Positions 1 through 9,234 of a stretch of DNA of 32,000 nucleotides are shown one piece after another. The position numbers were made by a program, and so were the translations under genes. Position 1 is the first letter of the stretch. Each line of letters begins with the position of its first letter. The stretch lies in assembly GCF_016908565.1 (NCBI RefSeq), contig NZ_JAFBED010000004.1, positions 307,798 to 339,797 of the forward strand, written 5' to 3'. Source of the stretch: Sutcliffiella tianshenii. Lineage in GTDB: Bacteria; Bacillota; Bacilli; Bacillales; Bacillaceae_I. The notes beneath the pieces were generated by a model. That model did not search any database. It saw only the letters and a list, made by a program, of their open reading frames with translations, and had not been told where the DNA came from.

Positions 1-1154
1 TGTTCAGCCAGTAGCTTTGAAAAGACAATCGCCTCCAACAGAGAGTTGCTGGCCAGCCTATTTGCACCGTGTACCCCGTTGCATGCTGCTTCCCCGACTG
101 CATACAACCCTTTTAGCGACGTTTCACCATTGGCGTCGGTTTTGATTCCTCCCATAAAAAAGTGAGCGCCGGGGACCACAGGTAGTAGTTTTTTTTCAAT
201 AGAAATGCCATGTTTGCGGCACATAGTTGAAATGGTAGGAAAACGTTCTTCGAAATTCATTACGTTCTCAATGTTCAGGAATACTTTGCCGCCCTGCTCC
301 AGCTCGTGAAAAATTGCACGTGAGACTATGTCCCTTGGTGCCAGATCTTCTTGCGGATGTATGCCCTGCATGATCCTTTTCCCATGACCATTGACCAGGA
401 AGGCGCCTTCTCCGCGGACGGCCTCTGAAACCAAACCGACCACCAGGTTATTTACATGTAGCATGGTCGGATGAAACTGCATGAACTCAAGGTCTGTAAG
501 GATTGCACCTGCTTGGTGGGCAAGTGCAAGCGCCATGCCGTTTACACTGGGATCGTTGGATGTATAGGAATACATTGCGCCTGCTCCACCTGTTGCAAAA
601 ATGATATGTGAGGCGTAATAGGTTTTTCTTTCTTCGAAACGATTGATCGTTTTTATCCCATAGCAGCGATCATCCCGTGTGAGAATGTTGACGACAGTTT
701 CCTGCTCCACGACATGTACAGAATGGGAGACCTGGGAATGGAGCCACTGCATGATCCTTCTGCCGGTCTGGTCTCCGCCTGCATGTAAGATCCTCCTGTG
801 GGAATGTGCCCCCTCCATACCGAGCGAAATCCTGCCTTGTTCATCTTTGTCAAAATTCAATCCTTCATCGATCAGTTCCTGAAGCAAACCGGGACCAAGC
901 TTCGTCAAAAGCTCCACGGTATCTTGTTGATTATGATTGCAACCGGCAAGGATCGTATCATGAAAATGCTCCTGCCATGTATCTGTATCAGCTATCGCAC
1001 TGGCAACTCCACCTTGTGCCAGAAAAGAATTATTTTCATATTTATCAGACTTTGTGAAAACCATCACATTCATATGCTTGCTTAAGTGTTTTGCCGTCAA
1101 CAAAGCAGATAAACCGCTTCCGACAACAATGACATCACCATAGTGTGGAGACAC
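1..1154 (-). CDS. nadB: L-aspartate oxidase NadB, N-terminal ~385 codons; the 3' end runs off the left window edge
   Basis: The reverse frame is open from the window edge to GTG at 1154..1152, preceded by an AGGGGG SD. The translation reads VSPHYGDVIVVGSGLSALL (FAD GxGxxA) ... GMEGAHSHRRILHAGGDQTGR ... GANRLASNSLLEAIVF, which is typical of NadB/flavoprotein oxidases. It is absent from the ORF track only because it is not closed within the window. It lies divergent to nifS-niaR, as in B. subtilis. Confidence 0.9.
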   Translation of the reverse strand, partial: MSPHYGDVIVVGSGLSALLTAKHLSKHMNVMVFTKSDKYENNSFLAQGGVASAIADTDTWQEHFHDTILAGCNHNQQDTVELLTKLGPGLLQELIDEGLNFDKDEQGRISLGMEGAHSHRRILHAGGDQTGRRIMQWLHSQVSHSVHVVEQETVVNILTRDDRCYGIKTINRFEERKTYYASHIIFATGGAGAMYSYTSNDPSVNGMALALAHQAGAILTDLEFMQFHPTMLHVNNLVVGLVSEAVRGEGAFLVNGHGKRIMQGIHPQEDLAPRDIVSRAIFHELEQGGKVFLNIENVMNFEERFPTISTMCRKHGISIEKKLLPVVPGAHFFMGGIKTDANGETSLKGLYAVGEAACNGVHGANRLASNSLLEAIVFSKLLAE

Positions 1155-1174
1155 AAAAAAACCCCCTGTATACA

Positions 1175-1192
1175 TAAGTGTCTTGACACCTA
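1175..1192. promoter_or_regulatory. Probable NiaR (YrxA) operator in the nadB / nifS divergent promoter region
   Basis: An imperfect 18-bp palindrome, TAAGTGTC-TT-GACACCTA, has a perfect GTGTC-TT-GACAC core. It overlaps a TTGACA -35-like hexamer (1183..1188) facing nifS. It lies just downstream of a candidate nadB promoter on the minus strand (TTGTCA 1215..1220, 16-nt spacer, TAAATA 1193..1198). The repressor gene niaR is encoded in the adjacent operon. The match to the published NiaR motif is from memory only. Confidence 0.5.
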
Positions 1193-1303
1193 TATTTACA
1201 TAAATTTAAACTAATGACAAGAAATATTTTTAAGAGAAACCTAGACTGTAAGATTTATTTGCGTTTAAGCATCATAAACGCCTATTCTGAAGGGAGTTTA
1301 CCT

Positions 1304-2437
1304 ATGATTTATTTAGACTACGCTGCGACTACGCCGATGAGTGCTGAATCGTTGGAAGTTTTCAACCATGTAAATCAGCATTATTTCGGCAACAGCCGCA
1401 GCTTACATGATATCGGCACCTCAAGTCAGCAGCTCCTCGAAACATGCAGATCTGAAATGGCTGCCATGATCAAAGGAAAAAAAGAAGGGATCTATTTTAC
1501 AAGCGGTGGCAGTGAATCGAATTACCTTGCTATCCGGAGCCTTTTAGACGGAAACAGGGAAAAAGGAAATCATATCATTACGACAAGGACGGAACATTCA
1601 TCAATCCATCATCTTATCGGACAACTCGAGGATGCTGGCTATCATGTCACCTTCCTGGAAGTGGACCACAACGGATTAATCTCGCTGCAGCAATTAAAAG
1701 AGGAAATCAGAGAAGAAACATGCCTTGTCTCGATCCACCATGCCAACTCGGAAACAGGGATCATCCAGCCGTTGGAGGCCGTTGGGAAAATTCTTCATGA
1801 GAAGAATATCCTCTTTCATAGTGATACTGTACAAACTTTTGGTAAAATACCTATAGATGTGGAAAAGCTGCGTCTATCCAGCCTGTCCATTTCTTCACAT
1901 AAAATTTATGGGCCAAAAGGCGTTGGCGCATTGTATATCGATCCTTACCTTTCCTGGAAGTCCCAATATGCGGGAGCGAGCCATGAACGCGGAATGCGAC
2001 CGGGCACAGTGAATGTACCAGGGATCGCCGCTTTTACAGCCGCTGCACAATCCTTGCATGCTAATATGAAAATCATAAGAGCAAAGCATGAGAGCCTGCG
2101 CGGTGCTTTTTTTGAAAAACTTAAACAGCACTGGCTTCCTGTTCATATCGAAGCAGAACAAGCCAATACTCTGCCACATATCATCGGACTCCGCCTGAAG
2201 GGGCTGGAAGGCCAGTATGTGATGCTTGAGTGCAATCGCAGACAGATTGCGATCTCTACTGGCAGTGCATGCCAGGTTGGCTCTCAAGAACCGTCACGCA
2301 CGATGCTTGCCACCGGAAAATCTGCCGAAGAAGCACGGGAATTCATCCGGATTTCTTTTGGCAAGGACACTTCACTTAAGGAATTGGATATAGCGGTGAC
2401 TGCTTTAAAGGAAATTGTAGAGGAAACCTATGGGTAA
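1304..2437 (+). CDS. nifS: Cysteine desulfurase (class V aminotransferase) of the NAD operon
   Basis: ORF 1214..2437. The start is most likely ATG 1304 (MIYLDYAATTP, the canonical desulfurase N-terminus) after a GAAGGGAG SD. Motifs present are SGGSESN, HHANSETG, SSHKIYGPKG (PLP lysine) and STGSAC (catalytic Cys loop). Position next to nadB and niaR is as in B. subtilis. Confidence 0.9.
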   Translation: MIYLDYAATTPMSAESLEVFNHVNQHYFGNSRSLHDIGTSSQQLLETCRSEMAAMIKGKKEGIYFTSGGSESNYLAIRSLLDGNREKGNHIITTRTEHSSIHHLIGQLEDAGYHVTFLEVDHNGLISLQQLKEEIREETCLVSIHHANSETGIIQPLEAVGKILHEKNILFHSDTVQTFGKIPIDVEKLRLSSLSISSHKIYGPKGVGALYIDPYLSWKSQYAGASHERGMRPGTVNVPGIAAFTAAAQSLHANMKIIRAKHESLRGAFFEKLKQHWLPVHIEAEQANTLPHIIGLRLKGLEGQYVMLECNRRQIAISTGSACQVGSQEPSRTMLATGKSAEEAREFIRISFGKDTSLKELDIAVTALKEIVEETYG

Positions 2438-2453
2438 GAAGGAGCGAAAACAG

Positions 2454-2990
2454 ATGAACCAAGAAAAAAAAGTACTCGGCTCAGAACGGAGAGAACTCCT
2501 TTTACACTGGCTGCAGACAGAAGACAAGCCATTGACGGGAGGGGAGCTTGCCAGCCGCACCAATGTAAGCCGGCAGGTGATTGTCCAGGATATCTCCCTG
2601 TTAAAGGCTAAAAACGAGCCGATCCTTGCGACAAGTCAAGGCTATGTCTACTTAAAGCCCCCTGGGGAACAGAGGAAAAAGGAGCGTATCATCGTCTCTT
2701 TTCATCCACCAGAAAAAACGGAGGAAGAGCTTTATATCATCGTGGATCACGGCGTGACCATCAAGGATGTGAAAATCGAGCATCCCGTATATGGGGACCT
2801 CACCGCTTCCGTGATGGTAAGCACCCGCTCGGAAGTGGACGATTTCATAAAGAAAATCCACGAAACGAAAGCTGCATATTTATCCCAATTGACCGATGGG
2901 ACGCACTTGCATACCCTTGAAGCGGAATCGGAGGAAAAGCTGGACGCAGCCTGCAAGGCGCTGAAGGATGCCGGGATGCTGATAGAATAA
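2454..2990 (+). CDS. niaR: NiaR/YrxA transcriptional repressor of NAD biosynthesis (HTH plus 3H domain)
   Basis: ORF 2430..2990. ATG 2454 is preferred because GAAGGAG (2438..2444) lies 9 nt upstream. The N-terminal HTH (LTGGELASRTNVSRQVIVQDISLLK) is followed by a His-containing ligand domain (IVDHG ... IEHPVYG ... GTHLHT). It sits immediately downstream of nifS. Confidence 0.85.
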   Translation: MNQEKKVLGSERRELLLHWLQTEDKPLTGGELASRTNVSRQVIVQDISLLKAKNEPILATSQGYVYLKPPGEQRKKERIIVSFHPPEKTEEELYIIVDHGVTIKDVKIEHPVYGDLTASVMVSTRSEVDDFIKKIHETKAAYLSQLTDGTHLHTLEAESEEKLDAACKALKDAGMLIE

Positions 2991-2995
2991 AAAAA

Positions 2996-3034
2996 GGAGC
3001 AGATTCCTATATTAGATAGGAACTTGCTCCTTTT
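2996..3034. terminator. Bidirectional intrinsic terminator between convergent niaR and pheA
   Basis: Interrupted hairpin GGAGCA(2996-3001)/TGCTCC(3025-3030) encloses TCCTAT(3005-3010)/ATAGGA(3016-3021). It is flanked by AAAAA on the left and TTTT on the right. Confidence 0.6.
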
Positions 3035-3037
3035 CAC

Positions 3038-3907
3038 TTATTTCAGCAAATAGCTTGTATAGCTTCCCAAGACCTTGACCGAACAGCCTAATGCCTCCAG
3101 TTCACCGACTGCTCCTGGCAGAAGCACCTCGTCCATATGTTGGTTGATGTCGATGATGAAGAAATAGTTGCCAAGTCCCGTTTTCATCGGGCGGGATTCA
3201 ATTTTCGAAAGATTCAGCTTTCTCCAGGCGAAAGCGGACAGCACCTGATGAAGCGCCCCGGATTGATCGCTTGGCAATGTCACCACAAGGGATGTTTTCT
3301 CACTATCAACATGGTGTGAAGCGTGATTGTCTGTGATCATTGCCTCATCTCTATGCAGGACAATGAACTTTGTATGGTTATTTTCATAATCATGGATGTC
3401 CTCGGCAAGCACCGAGAGCTTATATTCTTTTGCCGCCAAGCTGTTGGCTATGCATGCAGAGCGCTTTGATAGGCGGTGCTCCGAAACCAGCTTTGCCGCT
3501 GATGCCGTGGAGGACGTCGTCTCATAAACAGCATTCGGATATTTCTTATGTAAAAACTTATGGCACTGTGCTATCGCATGGGAATGCGAATAGATCACTT
3601 CAATCGGATCGCCGTTTTTTAATTGGTCGGGATGCACCAGGAGATGCTGGCTGATTGGTACAATCAACTCTGCAACTATGGGCAGGGGGCAATCATGAAT
3701 CAAATAATCGAGTGTGACGTTAACGGAGCCTTCTATTGCGTTTTCCAATGGTACAACGGCATAATCCACTTCCCCATTCAAGACGGCATCCATACATGCC
3801 GGTATCGTGGAATAAGCTTTTTTCTCTCCCTGCGGAAAAAAACTGGTTACTGCCATATCTGTAAAAGTTGCCTTCGGTCCTAAATATCCAATTCTGTCCT
3901 TCATCAT
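3038..3907 (-). CDS. pheA: Prephenate dehydratase
   Basis: 289-aa ORF with MMKDRIGYLGPKATFTDMA at the N-terminus, a PDT domain and a C-terminal ACT domain (GALHQVLSAFAWRKLNLSKIESRP). Position after pheB is as in B. subtilis. Confidence 0.9.
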   Translation of the reverse strand: MMKDRIGYLGPKATFTDMAVTSFFPQGEKKAYSTIPACMDAVLNGEVDYAVVPLENAIEGSVNVTLDYLIHDCPLPIVAELIVPISQHLLVHPDQLKNGDPIEVIYSHSHAIAQCHKFLHKKYPNAVYETTSSTASAAKLVSEHRLSKRSACIANSLAAKEYKLSVLAEDIHDYENNHTKFIVLHRDEAMITDNHASHHVDSEKTSLVVTLPSDQSGALHQVLSAFAWRKLNLSKIESRPMKTGLGNYFFIIDINQHMDEVLLPGAVGELEALGCSVKVLGSYTSYLLK

Positions 3908-3948
3908 TGCGCCTCTCCTCTGCTAGTCTCTGTGTGTGAAATCTAAGC

Positions 3949-4392
3949 TTATGCCCCGGTTCCGAGGATCTCTACTTTATCTACAAATTCTAATCTCTTG
4001 AGCATGGAAAGTAAAGCATGTATATCCCCTTTTAAACCTGACATATCCAGGGACAATGTGACATTGGCCTTTCCTTGGAGCGGAATGGTCTGATGTATCG
4101 TCAGGACATTGCAGCCTACGGAAGCAACGGTGGCCAGAAGCTCTGATAGTGCCCCTGTCTGGTCTTCCAAGTGAAAAAACAAGGTCATGATTTTTTCTTT
4201 TACCATCGTATGAAATGGAAAGACGGTATCGCGATACTTATAAAAGGCACTCCGACTGAGATCGACACGCTGTACCGCCTCCGCAATGGAATCGGCCTTT
4301 CCCCTTGCAAGCATTTCTTTTACATCAAGGGCCTTTTTCATCGCTTCAGGTAATACATCCTCCCTCACTAAATAAAACTTCTCCTCGAGCAT
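3949..4392 (-). CDS. pheB: ACT-domain protein PheB (UPF0735 family)
   Basis: 147-aa ORF, the same length as the B. subtilis protein and in the same position between obg and pheA. The ACT-like C-terminal half reads [32 protein letters not shown]. Confidence 0.85.
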   Translation of the reverse strand: MLEEKFYLVREDVLPEAMKKALDVKEMLARGKADSIAEAVQRVDLSRSAFYKYRDTVFPFHTMVKEKIMTLFFHLEDQTGALSELLATVASVGCNVLTIHQTIPLQGKANVTLSLDMSGLKGDIHALLSMLKRLEFVDKVEILGTGA

Positions 4393-4428
4393 CTACCATC
4401 TCTCCTCATTCCACATGGATTTTACTAT

Positions 4429-4460
4429 GTAAAGAAAGAGGGGGTGCTTTCTCCCCCTCT
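4429..4460 (-). terminator. Intrinsic terminator or attenuator downstream of obg
   Basis: On the minus strand: AGAGGGGG-agaaagca-CCCCCTCT (perfect 8-bp GC-rich stem, 4437..4460) followed by TTCTTTAC. It starts 12 nt after the obg stop. Confidence 0.5.
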
Positions 4461-4471
4461 AAGTAATCACT

Positions 4472-5755
4472 CTATTCTACAAACTCGAATTCATACTCAA
4501 GCAGTCGTACCAAGTCGCCATCCTGGGCACCGCGTTCCCTTAGTGCCTCATCGACTCCCATACCACGTAGCTGACGGGCAAAACGCTTGATCGACTCTTC
4601 ATGGTTGAAGTTGGTCATCACAAACAGCTTTTCAATGTCTGCACCGGAAAGAACAAAGGCACCATCCGGATCTCTCGTGATGCGGAAGCCCTTCTCTTCT
4701 TTCTCATGCTTGTACACAACGCGCTGTTCGATTGCCTCTTCCTCATATAGAGGGAATTCCGGCGCGTGCTCCAGCTCATCTGCCACTGCATATAAAAGGT
4801 CACGTAGACCGCTGCGGGTAAGAGCCGAAATCGGGAATACCTTCACATCATCGCCAAGCTTCTCTTTAAAGGAGGCAAGATTCTCTTCTGAATCCGGCAT
4901 ATCCATTTTATTCGCAACTACAATCTGCGCACGTTCAGTCAAGCGCATGTTGTATTCCTTCAATTCCTCGTTGATCGTCACATAATCGTCATACGGGTCA
5001 CGACCTTCAAGACCGCCCATGTCGACTACATGGATGATGACCCTTGTACGTTCAATATGACGAAGGAACTGATGTCCAAGCCCCACACCCTGATGGGCAC
5101 CTTCAATCAGTCCAGGAAGATCGGCCATGACAAAGCTTCGGCCATCTTCCGTTTCCACCACCCCAAGGTTCGGTACGATGGTAGTAAAATGATATTCGGC
5201 AATTTTCGGTTTTGCCGCGGATACTACAGATAGAAGCGTGGATTTCCCAACACTCGGGAATCCAACTAGCCCTACATCAGCAAGCACCTTCAGCTCAAGT
5301 ACAATATAGCGCTCCTGACCTGGTTCACCGTTCTCGGCAACTTCCGGAGCAGGGTTTCTAGGGGTTGCAAATCGCGTGTTTCCGCGTCCCCCACGTCCAC
5401 CTTTAGCCACGACATATTGCTGGCCATGCTCGGTTAAGTCTGCCAACGTCTCTTTTGTATCATCATCCATGACGACCGTTCCAGGCGGAACCTTGACAAT
5501 CATGCTTTCGGAATTTCTTCCGTGCTGGTTTTTGGACATCCCGTGCTCACCACGGTTTGCTTTAAAGTGACGCTTATAACGGAAATCCATCAGTGTGCGA
5601 AGTCCTTCTTCCACTTGAAGGATGACGTCGGCACCTTTACCGCCATCCCCTCCGGCTGGTCCACCGTCCGGTACATATTTCTCACGACGGAATGCTACCA
5701 TACCATTCCCGCCGTCTCCACCTTTTACATAAATCTTGACCTGATCGACAAACAT
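4472..5755 (-). CDS. obg: GTPase Obg/CgtA
   Basis: 427-aa [30 protein letters not shown] is the glycine-rich Obg fold. G motifs are [13 protein letters not shown] and NKMD. A C-terminal OCT domain is present. Confidence 0.95.
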   Translation of the reverse strand: MFVDQVKIYVKGGDGGNGMVAFRREKYVPDGGPAGGDGGKGADVILQVEEGLRTLMDFRYKRHFKANRGEHGMSKNQHGRNSESMIVKVPPGTVVMDDDTKETLADLTEHGQQYVVAKGGRGGRGNTRFATPRNPAPEVAENGEPGQERYIVLELKVLADVGLVGFPSVGKSTLLSVVSAAKPKIAEYHFTTIVPNLGVVETEDGRSFVMADLPGLIEGAHQGVGLGHQFLRHIERTRVIIHVVDMGGLEGRDPYDDYVTINEELKEYNMRLTERAQIVVANKMDMPDSEENLASFKEKLGDDVKVFPISALTRSGLRDLLYAVADELEHAPEFPLYEEEAIEQRVVYKHEKEEKGFRITRDPDGAFVLSGADIEKLFVMTNFNHEESIKRFARQLRGMGVDEALRERGAQDGDLVRLLEYEFEFVE

Positions 5756-5891
5756 TGATTTTCACTCCGATCTAAAATGCAAAGCCATCATTCGGCCTGC
5801 GATACATTATCTTATACGTTAACGCTATAAAAGAAAACTGCCCTTGCTGGTATTGTTTTCGTTGTTATCGTTTATTATTGTGGCTTTCTTC

Positions 5892-6425
5892 TCAGGAAAA
5901 GCGGATCTGCATCTCGCAACCCTCTTTTGAGACTTGGCTGTCTTCAACCAAAAAGCCATTTGGCTGATTTTTTATCCAGGTGGATAATCCTTCTGTGCTT
6001 TCTATTATTCCACTTAATTCGAAAAAGAAACGAATTTCCTTTTCCTCTATATGCATGCTTAAAAACAAATGGTTTTCCGCCTTTTTATCCACAGCCGTCT
6101 CAATCTGTGAAAAAAGGGACGTCACCCATTTGTAAAGCGAATGATCATAATCGGATAAATTTAACCCAGCTTCCCCTATCACTTCATATTCCATCGAAAA
6201 TAAACGCGGTTCCCAATGAAAAGTGATAAGATATTCCGCAAACATAGAAGCATGCAGGTTGGTTAAACCGGACTCATGATTGGATTCCAGTACAATTTCA
6301 TCTATTAAATTGTTTACCCGGTCCCAACGCCCAAGCGACATATTAGCCTTAATCAGCTGCAGCCGATTCAGCCAATCATGACGGGAATGGCGCAGAACCT
6401 CCAACGTGCTTCGTTTTTTCATCAT
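5892..6425 (-). CDS. spo0B: Sporulation initiation phosphotransferase Spo0B
   Basis: ORF 5892..6452. Start ATG 6425 (or 6422) is preferred because a GGGAGTAGGA SD lies just upstream. LRHSRHDWLNRLQLIKANMSL matches the phospho-His helix of Spo0B (B. subtilis GHSRHDWMNKLQLIKGNLSL, from memory). Position upstream of obg is conserved. Confidence 0.85.
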   Translation of the reverse strand: MMKKRSTLEVLRHSRHDWLNRLQLIKANMSLGRWDRVNNLIDEIVLESNHESGLTNLHASMFAEYLITFHWEPRLFSMEYEVIGEAGLNLSDYDHSLYKWVTSLFSQIETAVDKKAENHLFLSMHIEEKEIRFFFELSGIIESTEGLSTWIKNQPNGFLVEDSQVSKEGCEMQIRFS

Positions 6426-6472
6426 TTTTCCTACTCCCAGCAAAAAATCCATATCTTTCTTATATGTATAAG

Positions 6473-6481
6473 ATTATAGCA
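6473..6481 (-). promoter_or_regulatory. Candidate extended -10 element for spo0B-obg
   Basis: The minus strand reads TGCTATAAT (TGn + TATAAT) about 45 nt upstream of the preferred spo0B start. No good -35 hexamer was found. Confidence 0.3.
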
Positions 6482-6597
6482 TATAAATTTCGTTGAGGGG
6501 CCAGACCCCAGAAGGAATTCGACAAAAGATGTAGAATCCATAATAGTTTGTTGGTCGATGATGAACTGCTGTTTATTTTGGTGTACCCTCATCCGTA

Positions 6598-6632
6598 ATA
6601 AAAAAACTCTAACCTAATGTCAGGCTAGAGTT
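6598..6632 (-). terminator. Intrinsic terminator after rpmA
   Basis: Minus-strand RNA forms CUCUAGCCU-gacauu-AGGUUAGAG (9 bp including one G-U pair) followed by U7. It lies 12 nt after the rpmA stop. Confidence 0.65.
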
Positions 6633-6642
6633 TTTTCTGGAA

Positions 6643-6933
6643 TTATGCTTCTTGAGCAACAGGATATACGCTAACTTGTTTGCGGTCACGGCCTAGACGC
6701 TCGAAACGAACGATTCCGTCAACCTTCGCGAATAACGTATCATCTCCACCACGTCCAACGTTTAGTCCAGGGTAGATTTTAGTACCGCGTTGACGGTATA
6801 AAATTGAACCACCAGAAACTTGTTGACCGTCTGCACGCTTAGCGCCAAGACGCTTAGACTGTGAGTCACGACCGTTTTTAGTAGAACCTACTCCCTTTTT
6901 GGAAGCAAAGAACTGAAGATCTAATCTTAACAT
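6643..6933 (-). CDS. rpmA: 50S ribosomal protein L27, with the N-terminal propeptide typical of Firmicutes
   Basis: The ORF track starts at GTG 6942, but ATG 6933 follows an AGGAGGTGG SD. It gives [24 protein letters not shown], that is, the MLxLxLQFFA propeptide followed by the conserved mature N-terminus. Confidence 0.95.
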   Translation of the reverse strand: MLRLDLQFFASKKGVGSTKNGRDSQSKRLGAKRADGQQVSGGSILYRQRGTKIYPGLNVGRGGDDTLFAKVDGIVRFERLGRDRKQVSVYPVAQEA

Positions 6934-6945
6934 GTATTCCACCTC

Positions 6946-7275
6946 CTATTTAGAAATGGTTATATAATTTCCATAATCACGTTCAATCGTCTCTAAAGAT
7001 ACGACCATACCTTCGAGTAAAAGCTGCACCTTCTCCTGTACCGCCTCTTCTATGTCAGAAGGGATTGTACAGCGCAGAAAGCCGCCTTCTGCCCCCTGCT
7101 CAATGTCGGGTGTAAAGGATAAAAGTTTGATGATGGAGTTGATTGCACCATAAGATACAGCGGAAACCCCCGCACAAACTATGTCCGAACCCCTCTTGGC
7201 AAAGTTGGCATGTCCAGTTATGGTAAACGAATCGATAGCATGTTGATCGTTTCGTTTAATTGTAACTTTAATCAT
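6946..7275 (-). CDS. prp: Ribosomal-processing cysteine protease Prp (YsxB), which cleaves the L27 propeptide
   Basis: 109-aa ORF between rplU and rpmA. It carries TITGHANFAKRGSDIVCAGVSAV, the His/Cys dyad region of the Prp family. Confidence 0.9.
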   Translation of the reverse strand: MIKVTIKRNDQHAIDSFTITGHANFAKRGSDIVCAGVSAVSYGAINSIIKLLSFTPDIEQGAEGGFLRCTIPSDIEEAVQEKVQLLLEGMVVSLETIERDYGNYITISK

Positions 7276-7292
7276 ACGATCACACCTTAAAA

Positions 7293-7601
7293 TTATAGGT
7301 TGATTGCATCAACAGTAACTTTAGTGTAAGGTTGACGATGACCTTGTTTTTTACGGTAGTTTTTCTTAGCTTTGTATTTGAATACAGTAATCTTCTTCGC
7401 ACGGCCTTGCTTTTCAACTTTAGCCGTAACAGTTGCTCCTGCTACTAGTGGGCTACCAACTTTAACATTGTCGCCACCAACGAAAAGAACTTTGTCGAAA
7501 GTTACAGTATCGCCTTCAGCTGCACCAAGTTTTTCGATGTAGATCGCTTGACCTGCTTCAACCTTGATTTGCTTACCACCTGTTTCAATAATTGCGTACA
7601 T
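7293..7601 (-). CDS. rplU: 50S ribosomal protein L21
   Basis: The true start is ATG 7601 ([18 protein letters not shown]) after a GAGGAGGTG SD. The 45-codon upstream extension in the ORF track lies in the leader RNA. Confidence 0.95.
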   Translation of the reverse strand: MYAIIETGGKQIKVEAGQAIYIEKLGAAEGDTVTFDKVLFVGGDNVKVGSPLVAGATVTAKVEKQGRAKKITVFKYKAKKNYRKKQGHRQPYTKVTVDAINL

Positions 7602-7720
7602 TCTCTTGCACCTCCTCAATAGACTCAGACTCGCCAGTGTCAGGTATATGTAACGAAAAACGCCCATATTTATACGGAACCTGGACTGTGCGGTTGTAGC
7701 ACGGGTGCTACAAACTAACA
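7602..7720 (-). ncRNA. Structured 5' UTR of rplU, probably a ribosomal protein L21 leader
   Basis: A ~120-nt untranslated leader lies between the promoter (7727..7756) and the rplU start. It contains a perfect hairpin GTAGCA-cccg-TGCTAC (7696..7711) and a longer CAGGT...ACCTG pairing. An L21 leader element is known upstream of rplU in Bacillales. Family membership was not verified with a covariance model. Confidence 0.45.
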
Positions 7721-7726
7721 AAGAAC

Positions 7727-7756
7727 ATCTTAGCATACTCCAAAGCCTGATGTCAA
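7727..7756 (-). promoter_or_regulatory. SigA-type promoter of the rplU-prp-rpmA operon
   Basis: On the minus strand: TTGACA (7751..7756, overlapping the rng stop codon), an 18-nt spacer, then TGC-TAAGAT (extended -10, 7727..7735). Confidence 0.6.
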
Positions 7757-9231
7757 TAAGGTTCCAGCGATTTTAGACGATCTTTTGCATCAATCGCCGA
7801 ACCTGTAAAAACAATCTCATAACCCGGCTTGCCATCTGATCTTACATAATATATTTCCACACCTGTCCGCTCAACCAGGTCTGGCAAGGCATCCATGATT
7901 CTTTTCACATCCTCTGTAAGATCGACGATGATTGCCTCCACATCCGAACGATAGTATTCAAGAAGCTTTCTTTCAAGTTGAAAGGCGATCGTTTCGGGGG
8001 AATATACCGTACCTTTACCAAGGCATGGGTCACACTTTTGCAGAAGCATCCGAGTCAAAGGCTCCCTGATTTTTTTCCGTGTCAGCTGCAGTAGATGCAA
8101 CTCGGTGAATCCGATGATCCGGACAACAGAACGGTCCTTCCGCACTTCGTTCCGCACTATCTTCAGCACCTGCTCCTGCTCCTCCACACTCGACATATCA
8201 ATGAAATCGACAATGACAATGCCTCCGATCTCCCTCAACCGAAGCTGCCGTGCCACTTCTTTCGCCGCTTCAAGATTGGTCTTCAGAGCCGTCTCTTTCA
8301 ACCCGGTCTTTCCGACGAATTTGCCTGTATTGACATCCACAACCGTCATCGCTTCCGTATGCTCGATGATGATATAGCCCCCACTCGGGAGCCAGACGAT
8401 CCGCTTTAACGCTTTTTCAAGTTCCTGATCGATCCCTCTGCGTGCAAAGATATCTTCCTTCCCATCATAAAAGCGCACCGGATAGCCCTGCTTCTTCAGG
8501 AGTTGAAAGGTTGGAGCATCGTCCACTTCCATTAGCTTGATCTCAGCTTTAGGCATTTCCCTGAGCAGTTTTGCGAGAAAATGATCCTCTTTATGCAAGA
8601 GTGCTGGAACCTGGGAGGAGGACATTTTTCCCTGTACATCGAGATACTGCTGCTGCAGCGCGGATAATTCCTCCTCCACCACCTCAACGAGGACGTGCTC
8701 ACCAGCAGAACGGAGTATCACGCCCTCTTCCTCGGTACACCAGCTGTATAGATGCTCCCTCCACTCTTTACGGCTTTCCTCTTTCATCTTTTTAGAAATG
8801 CTCTTGAATTTTCCGAACGGCTGATACACGATATGTATTCCCGGAAACTCGATGAGCCCGGTCAGTTTTGGACCTTTAGTTCCTTCTCCTTCTTTTGCCA
8901 CCTGCACTAGGATCGCTTCTCCCTGATGGACAAAATGCGAAATGCCCCGCTTTTCCTTTTCAGGTTTGGATAGCGGCGATAATTGATAGGACGACAATTG
9001 GTCGCGGTGAAGATACCCGGGCTGCTTTTGTCCAATATCGACAAAGGCTGCCTGCATCCCGGGCAAGACATTCACAACGCGACCATAATAAATATTTCCT
9101 TCTATATGTTCAGTAGTAGGCCTTTCAATCAGGAGCTCTACTATCTTATCCTGCTCTTTCACGGCAACCCGCTTTTCCGTTGCACGCAGATTCATTATAA
9201 GCTCGGTCAATGGAATAGCCTCGACTTTCAA
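7753..9231 (-). CDS. rng: Rne/Rng-family ribonuclease (RNase G-like)
   Basis: 492-aa maximal ORF starting at TTG 9231. Alternative starts are TTG 9210 (GAGG 8 nt upstream, which best matches homolog N-termini as I recall them) and ATG 9195. The S1 domain reads [23 protein letters not shown]. The catalytic core includes VDVNTGKF and [11 protein letters not shown], the DNase-I-like Mg site of RNase E/G. Confidence 0.85.
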   Translation of the reverse strand: MKVEAIPLTELIMNLRATEKRVAVKEQDKIVELLIERPTTEHIEGNIYYGRVVNVLPGMQAAFVDIGQKQPGYLHRDQLSSYQLSPLSKPEKEKRGISHFVHQGEAILVQVAKEGEGTKGPKLTGLIEFPGIHIVYQPFGKFKSISKKMKEESRKEWREHLYSWCTEEEGVILRSAGEHVLVEVVEEELSALQQQYLDVQGKMSSSQVPALLHKEDHFLAKLLREMPKAEIKLMEVDDAPTFQLLKKQGYPVRFYDGKEDIFARRGIDQELEKALKRIVWLPSGGYIIIEHTEAMTVVDVNTGKFVGKTGLKETALKTNLEAAKEVARQLRLREIGGIVIVDFIDMSSVEEQEQVLKIVRNEVRKDRSVVRIIGFTELHLLQLTRKKIREPLTRMLLQKCDPCLGKGTVYSPETIAFQLERKLLEYYRSDVEAIIVDLTEDVKRIMDALPDLVERTGVEIYYVRSDGKPGYEIVFTGSAIDAKDRLKSLEPY

Positions 9232-9234
9232 TAT

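Noticed and set aside
653-1085. Four 66-95 aa ORFs from the track (653..853, 679..882, 798..1085, 806..1057)
   Set aside because: All lie inside the long open nadB frame on the minus strand, either antisense or out of frame. They have no SD and no recognisable motifs, while the nadB translation across them is continuous and family-typical.
1214-1303. A 30-codon N-terminal extension of nifS (ATG 1214)
   Set aside because: It would start inside the promoter/operator region with no SD. ATG 1304 has a GAAGGGAG SD and yields the canonical MIYLDYAATTP N-terminus.
7602-7736. A 45-codon extension of rplU ([20 protein letters not shown]...)
   Set aside because: L21 starts at [11 protein letters not shown] after a strong SD. 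The extension covers the structured leader RNA, and its ATG 7736 lies inside the promoter's extended -10 element, upstream of the expected transcription start.
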